From Chloroflexota bacterium (GTDB lineage Bacteria > Chloroflexota > UBA11872 > VXNJ01), in the NCBI GenBank assembly GCA_965261345.1, contig OZ253449.1, positions 640,001 to 704,000 on the forward strand: a stretch of 64,000 nucleotides of DNA. The letters run 5' to 3'. The notes beneath the pieces were generated by a model that searched no databases, was not told the DNA's origin, and worked only from the letters and a program-made list of their open reading frames with translations. Numbering within the stretch: position 1 is the stretch's first letter; the number at the start of each line of letters is the position of its first letter. The position numbers were made by a program, and so were the translations under genes. Of the stretch, positions 35,339-44,584 are shown one piece after another.

Positions 35339-35869
35339 TTAGTTGATGGATCTTTGTAGTGCGTTGAGCCGCGAGCGAATCGAAAGGTCGTGGCGCCAAT
35401 CTCCCATTCGCACCACCACTCCGCCTATGAGCTCGGGGTCGACCCGGACCCGCATGACCACCTGCCGTCCGGCACGGGTCAACTGGTCGGTCAGGTCGGT
35501 CAGTTGATGATCGGAAAGCGCCGCCGCAGCGGTGACTTCAACCCGGTCGATTGGTCCTTCGATACTGGATCGTCGCACGAACTGGTCATGCAATCCGGGC
35601 ACCAGTTCAAGGTGGCCGGCGGCACTCAAGACCTGGGCCAAGGCTATTCCCTGGCCGCCGACTAACCCGGTTAGCAACGATTGCACCACGCCCGGGTCGG
35701 CGCCGCGATCAGACAGTGCCACAACGAGATCGCGGTCCAAGCAGATTTGACTCAATCCGGCCAAGTCGGCGTCCCACCGCAGCCAGGTTGAATTGGCCGC
35801 GGCGTCAGCGATGATCGCCGACGAGTAGGTCCGCATGAAGCGACGGGCCGAATGACGATCGCGAATCAA
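35339..35869 (-). CDS. atpH: ATP synthase delta subunit (divergent)
   Basis: Position between atpF and atpA; C-terminal [15 protein letters not shown]...DLSIRSRL. Confidence 0.85.
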   Translation of the reverse strand: MIRDRHSARRFMRTYSSAIIADAAANSTWLRWDADLAGLSQICLDRDLVVALSDRGADPGVVQSLLTGLVGGQGIALAQVLSAAGHLELVPGLHDQFVRRSSIEGPIDRVEVTAAAALSDHQLTDLTDQLTRAGRQVVMRVRVDPELIGGVVVRMGDWRHDLSIRSRLNALQRSIN

Positions 35870-36375
35870 CTCGATCGGCCGCCAATCTCAGTGATCGCCT
35901 CATCGACCAAGCGGGCCTGTTCGTCGGCGTCAATTACTCGTCCAAGCACCTTGGCGGTGGCCTGGGTGACCAGGCCGGCCAATTCGCTGCGGGCCGAATC
36001 AAGAGCCTGCTGGCGAAGCCGTTCCGAATCCTGTTGGGCTTCGATTCGAACGCGTGCCGCCGATTCACGGGCCGCCTGCATCTGCTGCTCCTCAAGCTCG
36101 GCTAAGCGCTCGGCCATTTCCGCCCGCAGGCGCTGGGCGTCGGCCTGCTGCCGGCGCAACTGGGCCTGGAACTGCTCCTGTTCGGCCTGGGCCTGCTGCT
36201 TGAGTTGGGCGGCCTGGTCGATGTCGTCGGCAATCCGCGCTCGTCGTTCACGCAGAGCCCGAGCAACTGGAGCAAACAACAAGCGGTTGATGATCCAAAC
36301 GAACACCAGGAATGTAACGAGCTGGAATAAAAGGTTGGGGAATAGGATTCCTACTCCCCCGAAAAGCTCAATCAC
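35866..36375 (-). CDS. atpF: ATP synthase b subunit
   Basis: N-terminal TM (QLVTFLVFVW), P..RALRERRARI, coiled coil. Confidence 0.92.
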   Translation of the reverse strand: MIELFGGVGILFPNLLFQLVTFLVFVWIINRLLFAPVARALRERRARIADDIDQAAQLKQQAQAEQEQFQAQLRRQQADAQRLRAEMAERLAELEEQQMQAARESAARVRIEAQQDSERLRQQALDSARSELAGLVTQATAKVLGRVIDADEQARLVDEAITEIGGRSS

Positions 36376-36439
36376 CGGGGTTTAAACGCCTCCCGTTCGC
36401 GTGTCCCAGGAATGGGAATGGTCTTTTTCGCAAGTCCGT

Positions 36440-36670
36440 TTAGCCGCCCAAGCCAAGGGCGAGAAACAGGCCGATCAAGAATCCATAGATCCCGATCGCT
36501 TCGGTTAGACCGAGCGCCACGATCATGTTTGGCCGGATCGTGCTTTCGGCCTCCGGATTTCGCCCCAGCGCCGACATTGCGGCGGCGGTGCCTAGGCCCA
36601 GGCCGATGCCCGAACCGATCCCGGCCAAACCGATCGCCAGACCGGCTCCGATTGGTCCAAAGTCTTCCAT
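36440..36670 (-). CDS. atpE: ATP synthase c subunit (H+-type)
   Basis: GxGxGxG helix, RNPE loop, LTEAIGIY with the conserved Glu. Confidence 0.97.
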   Translation of the reverse strand: MEDFGPIGAGLAIGLAGIGSGIGLGLGTAAAMSALGRNPEAESTIRPNMIVALGLTEAIGIYGFLIGLFLALGLGG

Positions 36671-36730
36671 GTGCGATACCTTTCCCTGTAAGGAGTTGTT
36701 AGAAGCGTTCGCTCAAAGGGTTGAAGCGGT

Positions 36731-37510
36731 TCAATGATGCTCGGCACCGGTGTCGGTGCCAATCGCCACGCCAGTAAAGCTAAGCGTCAAGATTGCAAAA
36801 ACCAGCGCCTGGATCAACCCGAAGAGCAGTTCAAGCAACAAGAAGATTACGCCAATAACCGGCATGTAGGTGGACGAAAGGCCGAGCAGGACCTCTCCGG
36901 CAAACAGGTTGCCAAAAAGCCGAAAGGATAGTGAGACGATCACAAACAGTTCGATCAGCACGAATATCGGGGCCAGCAGCCACGAATTCTGGGCCACCGC
37001 CTTGAGGTGACCGATCGGCCCGTGGGATGCGATGCCAGTTGAATGGATCAGTATGAATGCCACCAGCGCGAGCGCCAGGGTCATGTTGATGTCGGCTGTG
37101 GCGGGACGCAGGAATGGAACCAGGACTTCGTGCCCATGCGACTCATGCAGGTAGCCGACGGTCCCAACGAACGGGAGCAGCGAAAACCAGTTGGCCAGCA
37201 GGATGAAGGTGAAGAAGGCCACCAGCAGCGGTAGGCGCGGATCGGTGAACCGCCCGAGGGTGTTGCGGCTGGCCTCACTGAGCTGGTCGTAAGTTATTTC
37301 CACGATCGACTGCAGGGGTCCCGGGATCAATCCGATGCCGGCCCTAGTCGCCAGACCGATAACGACCATCAGGGCCATGATCACAAACATGATCACCATC
37401 GAATTTGTCAGAACGAATTCGCCCAGCGGCCTGGCTACGGCGTCGCCAAAAAGAGAGAAATGGCACCCTTCGCAGATCGGTTCCGCCGGGAGTACGAATT
37501 CTGGAAGCAC
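36731..37510 (-). CDS. atpB: ATP synthase a subunit
   Basis: ANWFSLLP, PATADIN, SLSFRLFGNLFAGE, IQALVFAILT. Confidence 0.96.
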   Translation of the reverse strand: MLPEFVLPAEPICEGCHFSLFGDAVARPLGEFVLTNSMVIMFVIMALMVVIGLATRAGIGLIPGPLQSIVEITYDQLSEASRNTLGRFTDPRLPLLVAFFTFILLANWFSLLPFVGTVGYLHESHGHEVLVPFLRPATADINMTLALALVAFILIHSTGIASHGPIGHLKAVAQNSWLLAPIFVLIELFVIVSLSFRLFGNLFAGEVLLGLSSTYMPVIGVIFLLLELLFGLIQALVFAILTLSFTGVAIGTDTGAEHH

Positions 37511-37525
37511 GCGAACCTACCCGCT

Positions 37526-37738
37526 TCAGTCCTGCTGCCAGCGGTAGATCTGCACGAATACCGAGAAGCTGGCCGCAAGACCCAGTAGTATTCCCGCAAT
37601 GAGAAACAATGGACGGGTCGACAGATGGCCGTCCAGCCATCCGCCCGCTTGTATTCCGGCTATTAGAAACGCTCCGACAATGAAGCCAAATTCAAGCGCG
37701 AGTGCCGCAACTTTAACCACCCGCACGGCCGCACCCAA
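37526..37738 (-). CDS. atpI: AtpZ/AtpI family protein
   Basis: 2-TM 70-aa ORF with GGWLD...TRPLFLIAGILLG; first gene of the atp operon. Confidence 0.8.
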   Translation of the reverse strand: MGAAVRVVKVAALALEFGFIVGAFLIAGIQAGGWLDGHLSTRPLFLIAGILLGLAASFSVFVQIYRWQQD

Positions 37739-37881
37739 ATCCCATAGAAGCCGGTCCTAGCGCCCAGCAATCCTAACATTTGGCGGCCCCGGCGCCGGAA
37801 CACCCGGTCGTTGCCACAGGCCTGCCAATTTAAGATTTAGGTGCCCCAGGATTAGCTTCGGCCGCCGCGTTACCAGCAACC

Positions 37882-38016
37882 ATGAACGACCCGTTGAAAC
37901 GACCCCGCCTCAAACGCCCTAGGATGGCAATTCCCTGGGGCTTCGTATCCGTGATCCTGGTAGGCATCGTGGCACTGTCGATCTTTGGCAGCTGGGGGTA
38001 CGTGGCTTTTTCCTAG
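37882..38016 (+). CDS. Small single-pass membrane protein (44 aa), not in the ORF track
   Basis: MNDPLKRPRLKRPRMAIPWGFVSVILVGIVALSIFGSWGYVAFS*: basic N-terminus plus one TM helix; fills an intergenic gap. Confidence 0.5.
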   Translation: MNDPLKRPRLKRPRMAIPWGFVSVILVGIVALSIFGSWGYVAFS

Positions 38017-38025
38017 CCGGCCGAA

Positions 38026-39447
38026 TCAGGAAATGCTGAAACGGTAGTTGGCCAGCGCGTCGTAGGCGGTTTCGGTGACCGCTTCCGGTCGCTGCCGGTC
38101 GATAAGGAGCGGCAGGTCGATATTGCGCCGCAGTAGGGTGCGCTCCGAAGCCGGCAACATCACCGGCTCGGCGCTATCTAGGGATTTGCCAATGAATTCA
38201 ATGTCGGAGCTCGTCATTCGGGGCAGAAGTGAACCGGCATTGACCAGGTCGACCCGGCGGGCGGTCGGAAATACCGCGGAACCGGCGGTCTGGACGATCG
38301 CCTGCAGGCTGGCCACCGCCGCCTCGCGGTCACGCGCCGTAACCGGTACGCCCAGCATCATATGCATTTCAACCGGGGTGAAATGTCCGGGCCCGGCCGG
38401 CAGGTGAGCGAGCTCCACCCGGCCGCCTTGGGTAGTACGCCAGAACTGGGCAAGCCAGCCGCTGTTGAAGGGGTAGGAGGTCATCGCGTTTGCATGTTGG
38501 GTAATCGTCCAGCGCAGACTGCGTCCGGTTCCGCCCTCAAAGACCAGCGCGCTTTGCTGCTCATGGACTAACGAGTACATCAAGTCCAGCGCGATCAGCG
38601 CCGCTGCCGACTGCAGCCGGTCCTCGCCGCCCTCGATGTTGGGCAGGCTGGCACCCATCGCGAGCATCCAAATCCAGGACGGTGGCAGCGAATCGTTATA
38701 TGGACTGGAGGAAACCAGCTGCAGAAATCCGAACGCGCCGCGGTCATTGACGGTGGCCGACGGGTGGGTTAGCCGGGAGACATTGACGAGGAAATCTTCG
38801 TGTTTCCAGGGAGCGCCGATAGGCGGCTCCACGCCCACGCTGGAGAGCAGATCAAGGTTGCAGATCATAAACCAGGGTCCGAGCATCAGCGGGATTGCCA
38901 GCTGGCGCCCGCGTACCTGGCCGGCAGCCAAGGTCTGCCCCCAATATTGGCCCGGATCGAGCAGCGATTCGGCCCCGCCAACCTTGTCCAATTCGATGAG
39001 CATGCCGTAGCGGTGCAGATCGGCCAATTGCGATCCAGGGAACAGTATCAGGTCGGGCAGCGCCTCGCTGGAGAGCGAACCCAAAGCCTCAGCGAGCCCG
39101 ATTCCCTCAGATTCGTTCGTAAATGCCCGGTCGTCAAGCAGGCGTGGATATTTTCCCTGCCAGGAATTGGCGCCCGTGGCCAAGTTGCGGTAGTGTTCGT
39201 TGCGCCCGCCCAGCGGGGAAGGGGCAAAGACGAGGCGCACTGTCTGATCGGCCAGGTAGTTGGTGTCGAGATCGATCTGCGACCCAAAAGTCGATTGCGC
39301 CGAATCAAGGATTGATTGCTGTTCGTCCGAAAGCGGCGGTTTCGTGGCGTCACTCCGGCCCCCGCACGCCGCCCACAGCACCGACAAGAGTGGCGCGGCC
39401 AGCAGCAACCGCCGTCGGCTTACAGTGTTGCGGTTATCCGATTCCAT
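38026..39447 (-). CDS. Tat-exported lipoprotein, sugar-type ABC extracellular solute-binding protein (SBP family 1)
   Basis: VSRRRLL twin-arginine motif and WAAC lipobox; LPDLI, GRQLAIP, NLDLL..GVEPP motifs; start ATG 39447. Confidence 0.7.
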   Translation of the reverse strand: MESDNRNTVSRRRLLLAAPLLSVLWAACGGRSDATKPPLSDEQQSILDSAQSTFGSQIDLDTNYLADQTVRLVFAPSPLGGRNEHYRNLATGANSWQGKYPRLLDDRAFTNESEGIGLAEALGSLSSEALPDLILFPGSQLADLHRYGMLIELDKVGGAESLLDPGQYWGQTLAAGQVRGRQLAIPLMLGPWFMICNLDLLSSVGVEPPIGAPWKHEDFLVNVSRLTHPSATVNDRGAFGFLQLVSSSPYNDSLPPSWIWMLAMGASLPNIEGGEDRLQSAAALIALDLMYSLVHEQQSALVFEGGTGRSLRWTITQHANAMTSYPFNSGWLAQFWRTTQGGRVELAHLPAGPGHFTPVEMHMMLGVPVTARDREAAVASLQAIVQTAGSAVFPTARRVDLVNAGSLLPRMTSSDIEFIGKSLDSAEPVMLPASERTLLRRNIDLPLLIDRQRPEAVTETAYDALANYRFSIS

Positions 39448-41473
39448 CAGGGCGGTACACGAGCTCAGTCTGGTCGGGCGATTCAATCCGCAGCGTGGCC
39501 GGATCATCCCGGTACGCCCAAATTTCGCCGCCAATTGCCAGCAAATAAACACTTCGATCTTCGACGAAATTTGGCGAAACCGAGATCTGCAGGATTGCCC
39601 GATTCTCCAGCCCGGCGTTTATCGCATTCCAGCTGCCACCGGCGTCGGCGGACCGGCGGGCACCTCCGCTGGTGGCCGCAAAGAGCAGCTGTTCACTGGA
39701 AAAGCCCGGCGCGGCTGCCAGATCCAGAATCGAGGTCGTCGAATGCCCAGGGCGAGTTCCCGCCCAGACGTTGCGGAATCGGCGGGCCGGAGTAAACACC
39801 TGATTGTGGGCGGCAAATGCCCAGTATCGATTCTCAGAGGCGTCATAGCTGTCCGGGACGACCACACTGGCCCATTCGGCACCGGTGCGGTGGCGCACGA
39901 CTCGACGCCAGCTGGTACCGCCATTGTCGGTTTGGCTGATTACCACCCGGCCCGACTGGAAGGAAGCAACCATCATCGTTTCATCCAGTGCGAAAGCTGG
40001 CGAGAACTGGGCGTCGAGCAGGGTGTCACCGCGGAAATCATGATCGGCCGGAGCAAGATCCTGGCCACCATCGCGACAGAGCCAGGCTCGACCACTCACC
40101 CCGCCGCAGAACACCGCAAAGCTGCCTTCGTCCTCGTTGGAGGTTGTCACGCACCGCAACTCGCAATCGCCGACCGTTTCCGACCGCTGCCAGTTGCGGC
40201 CGGCGTCGCCGGTTACGAAGAGGCCGCCACCACTGGCGGCAAAGGCCCGGCCGTCACGGGCAAAACGGGGGGAGAAAGCAATCTGAAATATGGGCACGCC
40301 CTCGGTACCCTCGGCCGCCTCGGACCAACTGCAGCCACCGTCACTTGAGCTAAATATTCCGCCCTGTGAGCCCCCAGCGAACATCAGCGGGCGGGTGGCA
40401 AAATCGGGCGCCATCGCAAAGCAGAGCCAATTCTGGCTCGGAACGCCTTGGGCCGAATCGATCCAGGTCTCGCCCGAATCCTCGGATCGCATGAGACCGG
40501 CTCCATAAGTCCCCGCCAGCAGCAATCCGCCGCCGCCCGGTTCGGCCAGCGAGAGCAGCGAAAGTACCGGAGCTCCATCGGCCGGGACGGATATCTTGGA
40601 GAAGCTGACTCCGGCATCGCGCGATCGATAGATGGACCCATCTCCGGCTCCGGCAAAAACGGTCTGATCGGACGCGTAACGCGGCGATATGGCGATCGCA
40701 TTGACCGATTCCTGGTCGATTCCCGCCGATTTGTCCAGGGTTCGACCGCCGTCGTGGCTGTACCAGACCCCCGATTCTTCATCGCCCAGAAATACCGCCG
40801 CCTGCTGGGTTTGCACCGGCGCGCAGGCGATCACTTGCACACTCGCGGGCACTGGCGCGCCGGCTTCGCCAGCGGCCATCCAGCTCCGTCCACCGTCTGA
40901 AGAGCGGTAGGGACCGCTCCCAGCGACGGCGCAATAGGTGCGTTGATCGCTGGCAAAACCGGGCGAATAGGCCACCGCCAATACCTCGCCGCCCTCTCCG
41001 TCGGACGGCAACCCGGCGGTGGCGGCGTTCCAAGTCTTGCCCGCGTTATCGGTTCGGAAGACACCGTCCGACAGGGTCGCGGTCAGGGCCGATCGGTCGC
41101 GCGCGAAATTGGGCGAAACCGCAAAGGCGGCGATTGCCGGATTGATTCCCCAGTAACTGAGCCTCCGCCAATTGACCCCGCCGAACGACATAAAGCCACC
41201 AACGCCTGCGGCGGCGGCAAAGAGCCTGGGCGACGATCCCGGCTCGCTTGCCAGCGCCAGGTTCTGGATGAACGGGCTTTGCAGCCCGTCATTGGCCACC
41301 GACCAGGATTTGCCGTTGTCGGTCGAACGATAGACGCCCGACATGGTGCCGGCGTACAGGATTCGGTCGGCGCTGGTGCCGGGCGAGGCTACGATCGCCG
41401 ACACCGTGCCGCCACTCTTGCCGCCTACCCGCCGCCAGACGTTGGCCGGGACGGTCATTAATTGGCTTGCCAT
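39434..41473 (-). CDS. BNR/Asp-box repeat beta-propeller protein (VPS10/YCF48-like)
   Basis: About 10 S.D.G..W Asp-boxes alternating with 'SP.FA.D' repeats. Confidence 0.85.
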   Translation of the reverse strand: MASQLMTVPANVWRRVGGKSGGTVSAIVASPGTSADRILYAGTMSGVYRSTDNGKSWSVANDGLQSPFIQNLALASEPGSSPRLFAAAAGVGGFMSFGGVNWRRLSYWGINPAIAAFAVSPNFARDRSALTATLSDGVFRTDNAGKTWNAATAGLPSDGEGGEVLAVAYSPGFASDQRTYCAVAGSGPYRSSDGGRSWMAAGEAGAPVPASVQVIACAPVQTQQAAVFLGDEESGVWYSHDGGRTLDKSAGIDQESVNAIAISPRYASDQTVFAGAGDGSIYRSRDAGVSFSKISVPADGAPVLSLLSLAEPGGGGLLLAGTYGAGLMRSEDSGETWIDSAQGVPSQNWLCFAMAPDFATRPLMFAGGSQGGIFSSSDGGCSWSEAAEGTEGVPIFQIAFSPRFARDGRAFAASGGGLFVTGDAGRNWQRSETVGDCELRCVTTSNEDEGSFAVFCGGVSGRAWLCRDGGQDLAPADHDFRGDTLLDAQFSPAFALDETMMVASFQSGRVVISQTDNGGTSWRRVVRHRTGAEWASVVVPDSYDASENRYWAFAAHNQVFTPARRFRNVWAGTRPGHSTTSILDLAAAPGFSSEQLLFAATSGGARRSADAGGSWNAINAGLENRAILQISVSPNFVEDRSVYLLAIGGEIWAYRDDPATLRIESPDQTELVYRPDGIG

Positions 41474-41585
41474 GAAATGATCTGTTGCTGAGGACGGATT
41501 GGAGAGCAGGTTTGCCTCGGCGCCCGCACAGCCACCGGGCGGTAGTTGCCGATGGTAGGGGTCAGTTGGCGAGACAAATCAGCCA

Positions 41586-42101
41586 CTAGGGAATGATTAT
41601 CGTATCGCCCGCAACTATCAGATCTGGATCAAAAATTTCCGGATTGGCCTCTAGCAGCTGGTTAAGACTGACCAGGTAGCGCTCGGCCAGTTGATCCAGG
41701 GTCTCACCCGGTTGCACGACATGAAGCAACCGTGACGGCCCTGGCCGAGGGAATTGGGCAATAACGGTCGGAGTATGGTCGGGGACCGGCGGGGGAGTAA
41801 TTACCAATTCGGGCGGCAGGATCGTCTCTAAGGGCTCGATCACCGGCCCGGGCAATTCCTCGGCGGAGTTTAAGGAGAGGATCGCGGCGGAGTTATGGGC
41901 GGCGTCGCGGTAGACCGCAGTCTGCCAATTCAGGGCCAGGAAGGCGATCAGGGCGGCGGCGGCCAGAATGACCAGCCGCGCCGGTCCCACCCAATCGAAC
42001 CGCCTCTGCGAAACGATTGCATCGCCGGTCACCGGTCGCCAGAACATGCGCGGACCATCTTGACGGGGCGAAACATCCAATGGACGCAACGGGCCGTTCA
42101 C
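41586..42101 (-). CDS. Membrane-anchored LysM domain protein
   Basis: TM helix, Pro-rich linker, C-terminal HVVQPGETLDQLAERY.VS...L.EANPEI.DPDLIVAGDTIIIP. Confidence 0.88.
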   Translation of the reverse strand: MNGPLRPLDVSPRQDGPRMFWRPVTGDAIVSQRRFDWVGPARLVILAAAALIAFLALNWQTAVYRDAAHNSAAILSLNSAEELPGPVIEPLETILPPELVITPPPVPDHTPTVIAQFPRPGPSRLLHVVQPGETLDQLAERYLVSLNQLLEANPEIFDPDLIVAGDTIIIP

Positions 42102-43441
42102 AGGGATCCCAGCACCAGGATCAAGTCATTGACGTTGGTCAATGTGGGTCCAGTCTTGACCAGGTCGCCGGTCGCTGCCAGGTACCGATAGGAATCACAG
42201 TTTCGCAAATGGACTTCGGCCTCCAGCCCGGCAGTTCGGCCGCGGGCCAGGGTGTGGCAATCGGCAAACGCACCCGCCGCATCGGTGGGTCCGTCGGTGC
42301 CGTCGGTGCCAAGGGCAAGCACGGTGAGACCAGGGTCGCCGGACATCGTGCAGGCGGCGCTCAATGCTAAATGCTGGCAGCGCCCACCGCTGCCTTCGCC
42401 CTTGACCACCACCACCGTTTCGCCACCGAAGATGAGACAGAACGGGCGTCGGGCAGCGGCTAGTTTTGCACGACCGGCCCGCAGGATTCGCCGAGCGGCG
42501 AGGTCGGCCGGTCCGGTTACCGCCAAATCGCAGATCTCCGAATCCAAGCCCAGCGAACGCGCCTTTGACCGGGCGGCGTCGGCGGCAATGGCCAGGTTGC
42601 CAATGACTTGGTGAGTAACCCCAACAAACTCGCCCGCTCCCGGCTTGGGGGTTTCGGGCAAGTCGCCCTTAAGCCCGCGGCCCACAGTCTGGCGCACGCT
42701 GCCCGGCAATCTGCCGCCCAGGTCGTACCGTTCTATGACCGCGGCGGCGTCCGACCAGGTGGTTGAGTCAGGGAAAAACGGCCCCGATGCGATCGTATCC
42801 AAGCGATCCCCCAGCACGTCCGAGATTGCCAGCACCAGAACCGGACGCACTGACGCCAGCCGCGCCAACCGACCGGCATGAGTGGCGGAGAGGTGTTTAC
42901 GGACGGTGTTGAGCTCGGTGATATCGGCCCCCGCCTTGAGCAGGAGGTCGGTGGTTCGCCCGAGATCGGCGATGGTCACTGGGGCGATTGGGTCGACCAT
43001 GAGGGCCGATCCGCCGCCCGAAAAAAGCGCGATCAGCACGCCGCCGGGATCGGCGATAGAGATCAGTTCGCGGATCCGGCGTCCGATCTCTGGCGCCCGC
43101 CGGTCGGGGACCGGGTGGGCGGCGGCGGCCACCTCAATTCGCGTCAGCGGCAGCTCGTGGCCGTCCTTTACGGCCAGCAAACCGGCCGCTATATTGGTCC
43201 CCAAAGCGGCTTCGGCAGCCCGTCCCATTGCCGCTGCGGCCTTGCCAGCGCCGATCACCACGACCGGCCGTTGCCCGGCCAGATCGATTGCTCCGGCCGC
43301 GGTGATTAACCGATCGCCGTCGCGGTGCAACGCGGCCGCCACCGCCAGATCCGGTTTGGCCGCGGCAACGCCGGCCAGGGCAATCGACAGCGCTTGGGTG
43401 CGCCGGCGCGAACCGCCAAGATCGGGGTTGGCCAGTTGCAA
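42098..43441 (-). CDS. Glycerate 2-kinase (GckA/TtuD, MOFRL family)
   Basis: GAGKAA, SGGGSAL, ELNTVRKHLS, IASGP, GGETVV, GTDGTDGPTDAAGA, TGPTLTNVND. Confidence 0.93.
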   Translation of the reverse strand: MQLANPDLGGSRRRTQALSIALAGVAAAKPDLAVAAALHRDGDRLITAAGAIDLAGQRPVVVIGAGKAAAAMGRAAEAALGTNIAAGLLAVKDGHELPLTRIEVAAAAHPVPDRRAPEIGRRIRELISIADPGGVLIALFSGGGSALMVDPIAPVTIADLGRTTDLLLKAGADITELNTVRKHLSATHAGRLARLASVRPVLVLAISDVLGDRLDTIASGPFFPDSTTWSDAAAVIERYDLGGRLPGSVRQTVGRGLKGDLPETPKPGAGEFVGVTHQVIGNLAIAADAARSKARSLGLDSEICDLAVTGPADLAARRILRAGRAKLAAARRPFCLIFGGETVVVVKGEGSGGRCQHLALSAACTMSGDPGLTVLALGTDGTDGPTDAAGAFADCHTLARGRTAGLEAEVHLRNCDSYRYLAATGDLVKTGPTLTNVNDLILVLGSL

Positions 43442-43462
43442 TCGGGTTAGTTAGCGCCGGCT

Positions 43463-44584
43463 CTAGCGCAGCAGGATCGCCGGCCGCGGAAGAGCCTGCC
43501 CGGGACCGGATAGCTGCGGCCAATCGCCGGTCTCGGTAATCACCTCGGATCGCGGCGCCCCGTCGGGGCTCCCGGTAACGATTACCGTGTCTTCGCTCTT
43601 TACTCCGGCAATCGACGGGTTCCAGGCGAAACTGTGGCCGAATTGGATTTGAAGATCAGGGCCCGTTCCGGCGAAGAATTCGCGCGATCCGTAGCCGGCC
43701 GGTCCGCCCTGATGATGCAAGCGCCACTCATCCGGGTACCCCTGGGCGGCGTAGGCGGACCGGCCGGCGGTGAAAGCCTGCTCGACGGTGTTGCCGGGAA
43801 CGCTGGCGGCGATGTATGCGGAATCGACCTGGGCGCAGGCTGCCGCGCGTGCCGACAGGTCCGGGTCGGGCTTACCAAAGTGGGCAAGCCGGGTAATTGA
43901 GCACCAGAGCCCGTCGCGTAGTGCGCAGGCCACCAGCATCAGGTAGCGTTCGATCGCTTTGCCGGTTGGCAGCGGGTGGCGATGGGTCCAAATCCTGCGG
44001 TCGGATGCGACCAACAGGACCGGTGCAACTATCCCCGAACGATTGAGTTTTTCTTGCAGTCGGGCGGCGGCGGAAAACTCGCTCTCGCCCGGCCCGACCT
44101 CGCGGGCGGTCTGTTCCACCGCGAGCGCTGTATCCCTACCCAGCAAGCGGTAGCGCGCGATGTCATCTGCTCCCAGGCGGGAACGCAACTCGCGCAACTG
44201 AGAACTTCCATCGACCGCCCCGGGCAGGGGAAGGTCGCTGGCGAGCACCGCCCCTCCGGTAATCGCCCGTACGGCAGGAACGGGGTCGGCGAAAAATTCG
44301 GGCCAGGGGACAGCCTGAACCGTCAAGTCAAGCCCGGCCAGCTCCTCGTCCGGCAATCTTGGAATCTCGATGTTGGCCGCGAGCAGGTGGACGCTGGCCT
44401 GGGAGGCTAGCAAGAACCCCACGCCGCGCGGGTCGCCGGCCACGATGAAGGACCGTCCGCCGCCGCTTAGCCAGGCGAACGATCCCGGCGACTGCAGCAG
44501 CACCCATTCCCATTCCTGCCGGGCCATCAGCTCGCGCAGGCTGGTCAGCTTCCGGCGGTATTCGGCAGCCCGCAGATTACTCAT
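43463..44584 (-). CDS. M24 family metallopeptidase
   Basis: HRHPLPT, SITRL, EWRLHHQGGPAGY.SRE, AWNPSIAGVKSEDT. Confidence 0.85.
   Translation of the reverse strand: MSNLRAAEYRRKLTSLRELMARQEWEWVLLQSPGSFAWLSGGGRSFIVAGDPRGVGFLLASQASVHLLAANIEIPRLPDEELAGLDLTVQAVPWPEFFADPVPAVRAITGGAVLASDLPLPGAVDGSSQLRELRSRLGADDIARYRLLGRDTALAVEQTAREVGPGESEFSAAARLQEKLNRSGIVAPVLLVASDRRIWTHRHPLPTGKAIERYLMLVACALRDGLWCSITRLAHFGKPDPDLSARAAACAQVDSAYIAASVPGNTVEQAFTAGRSAYAAQGYPDEWRLHHQGGPAGYGSREFFAGTGPDLQIQFGHSFAWNPSIAGVKSEDTVIVTGSPDGAPRSEVITETGDWPQLSGPGQALPRPAILLR

Noticed and set aside
39260-40348. Long antisense ORFs (362 aa here; also 44638-45522, 46060-46833, 34435-35184, 51635-52615)
   Set aside because: Shadow frames of confidently identified genes or tRNA in a GC-rich genome, with no recognisable motifs.
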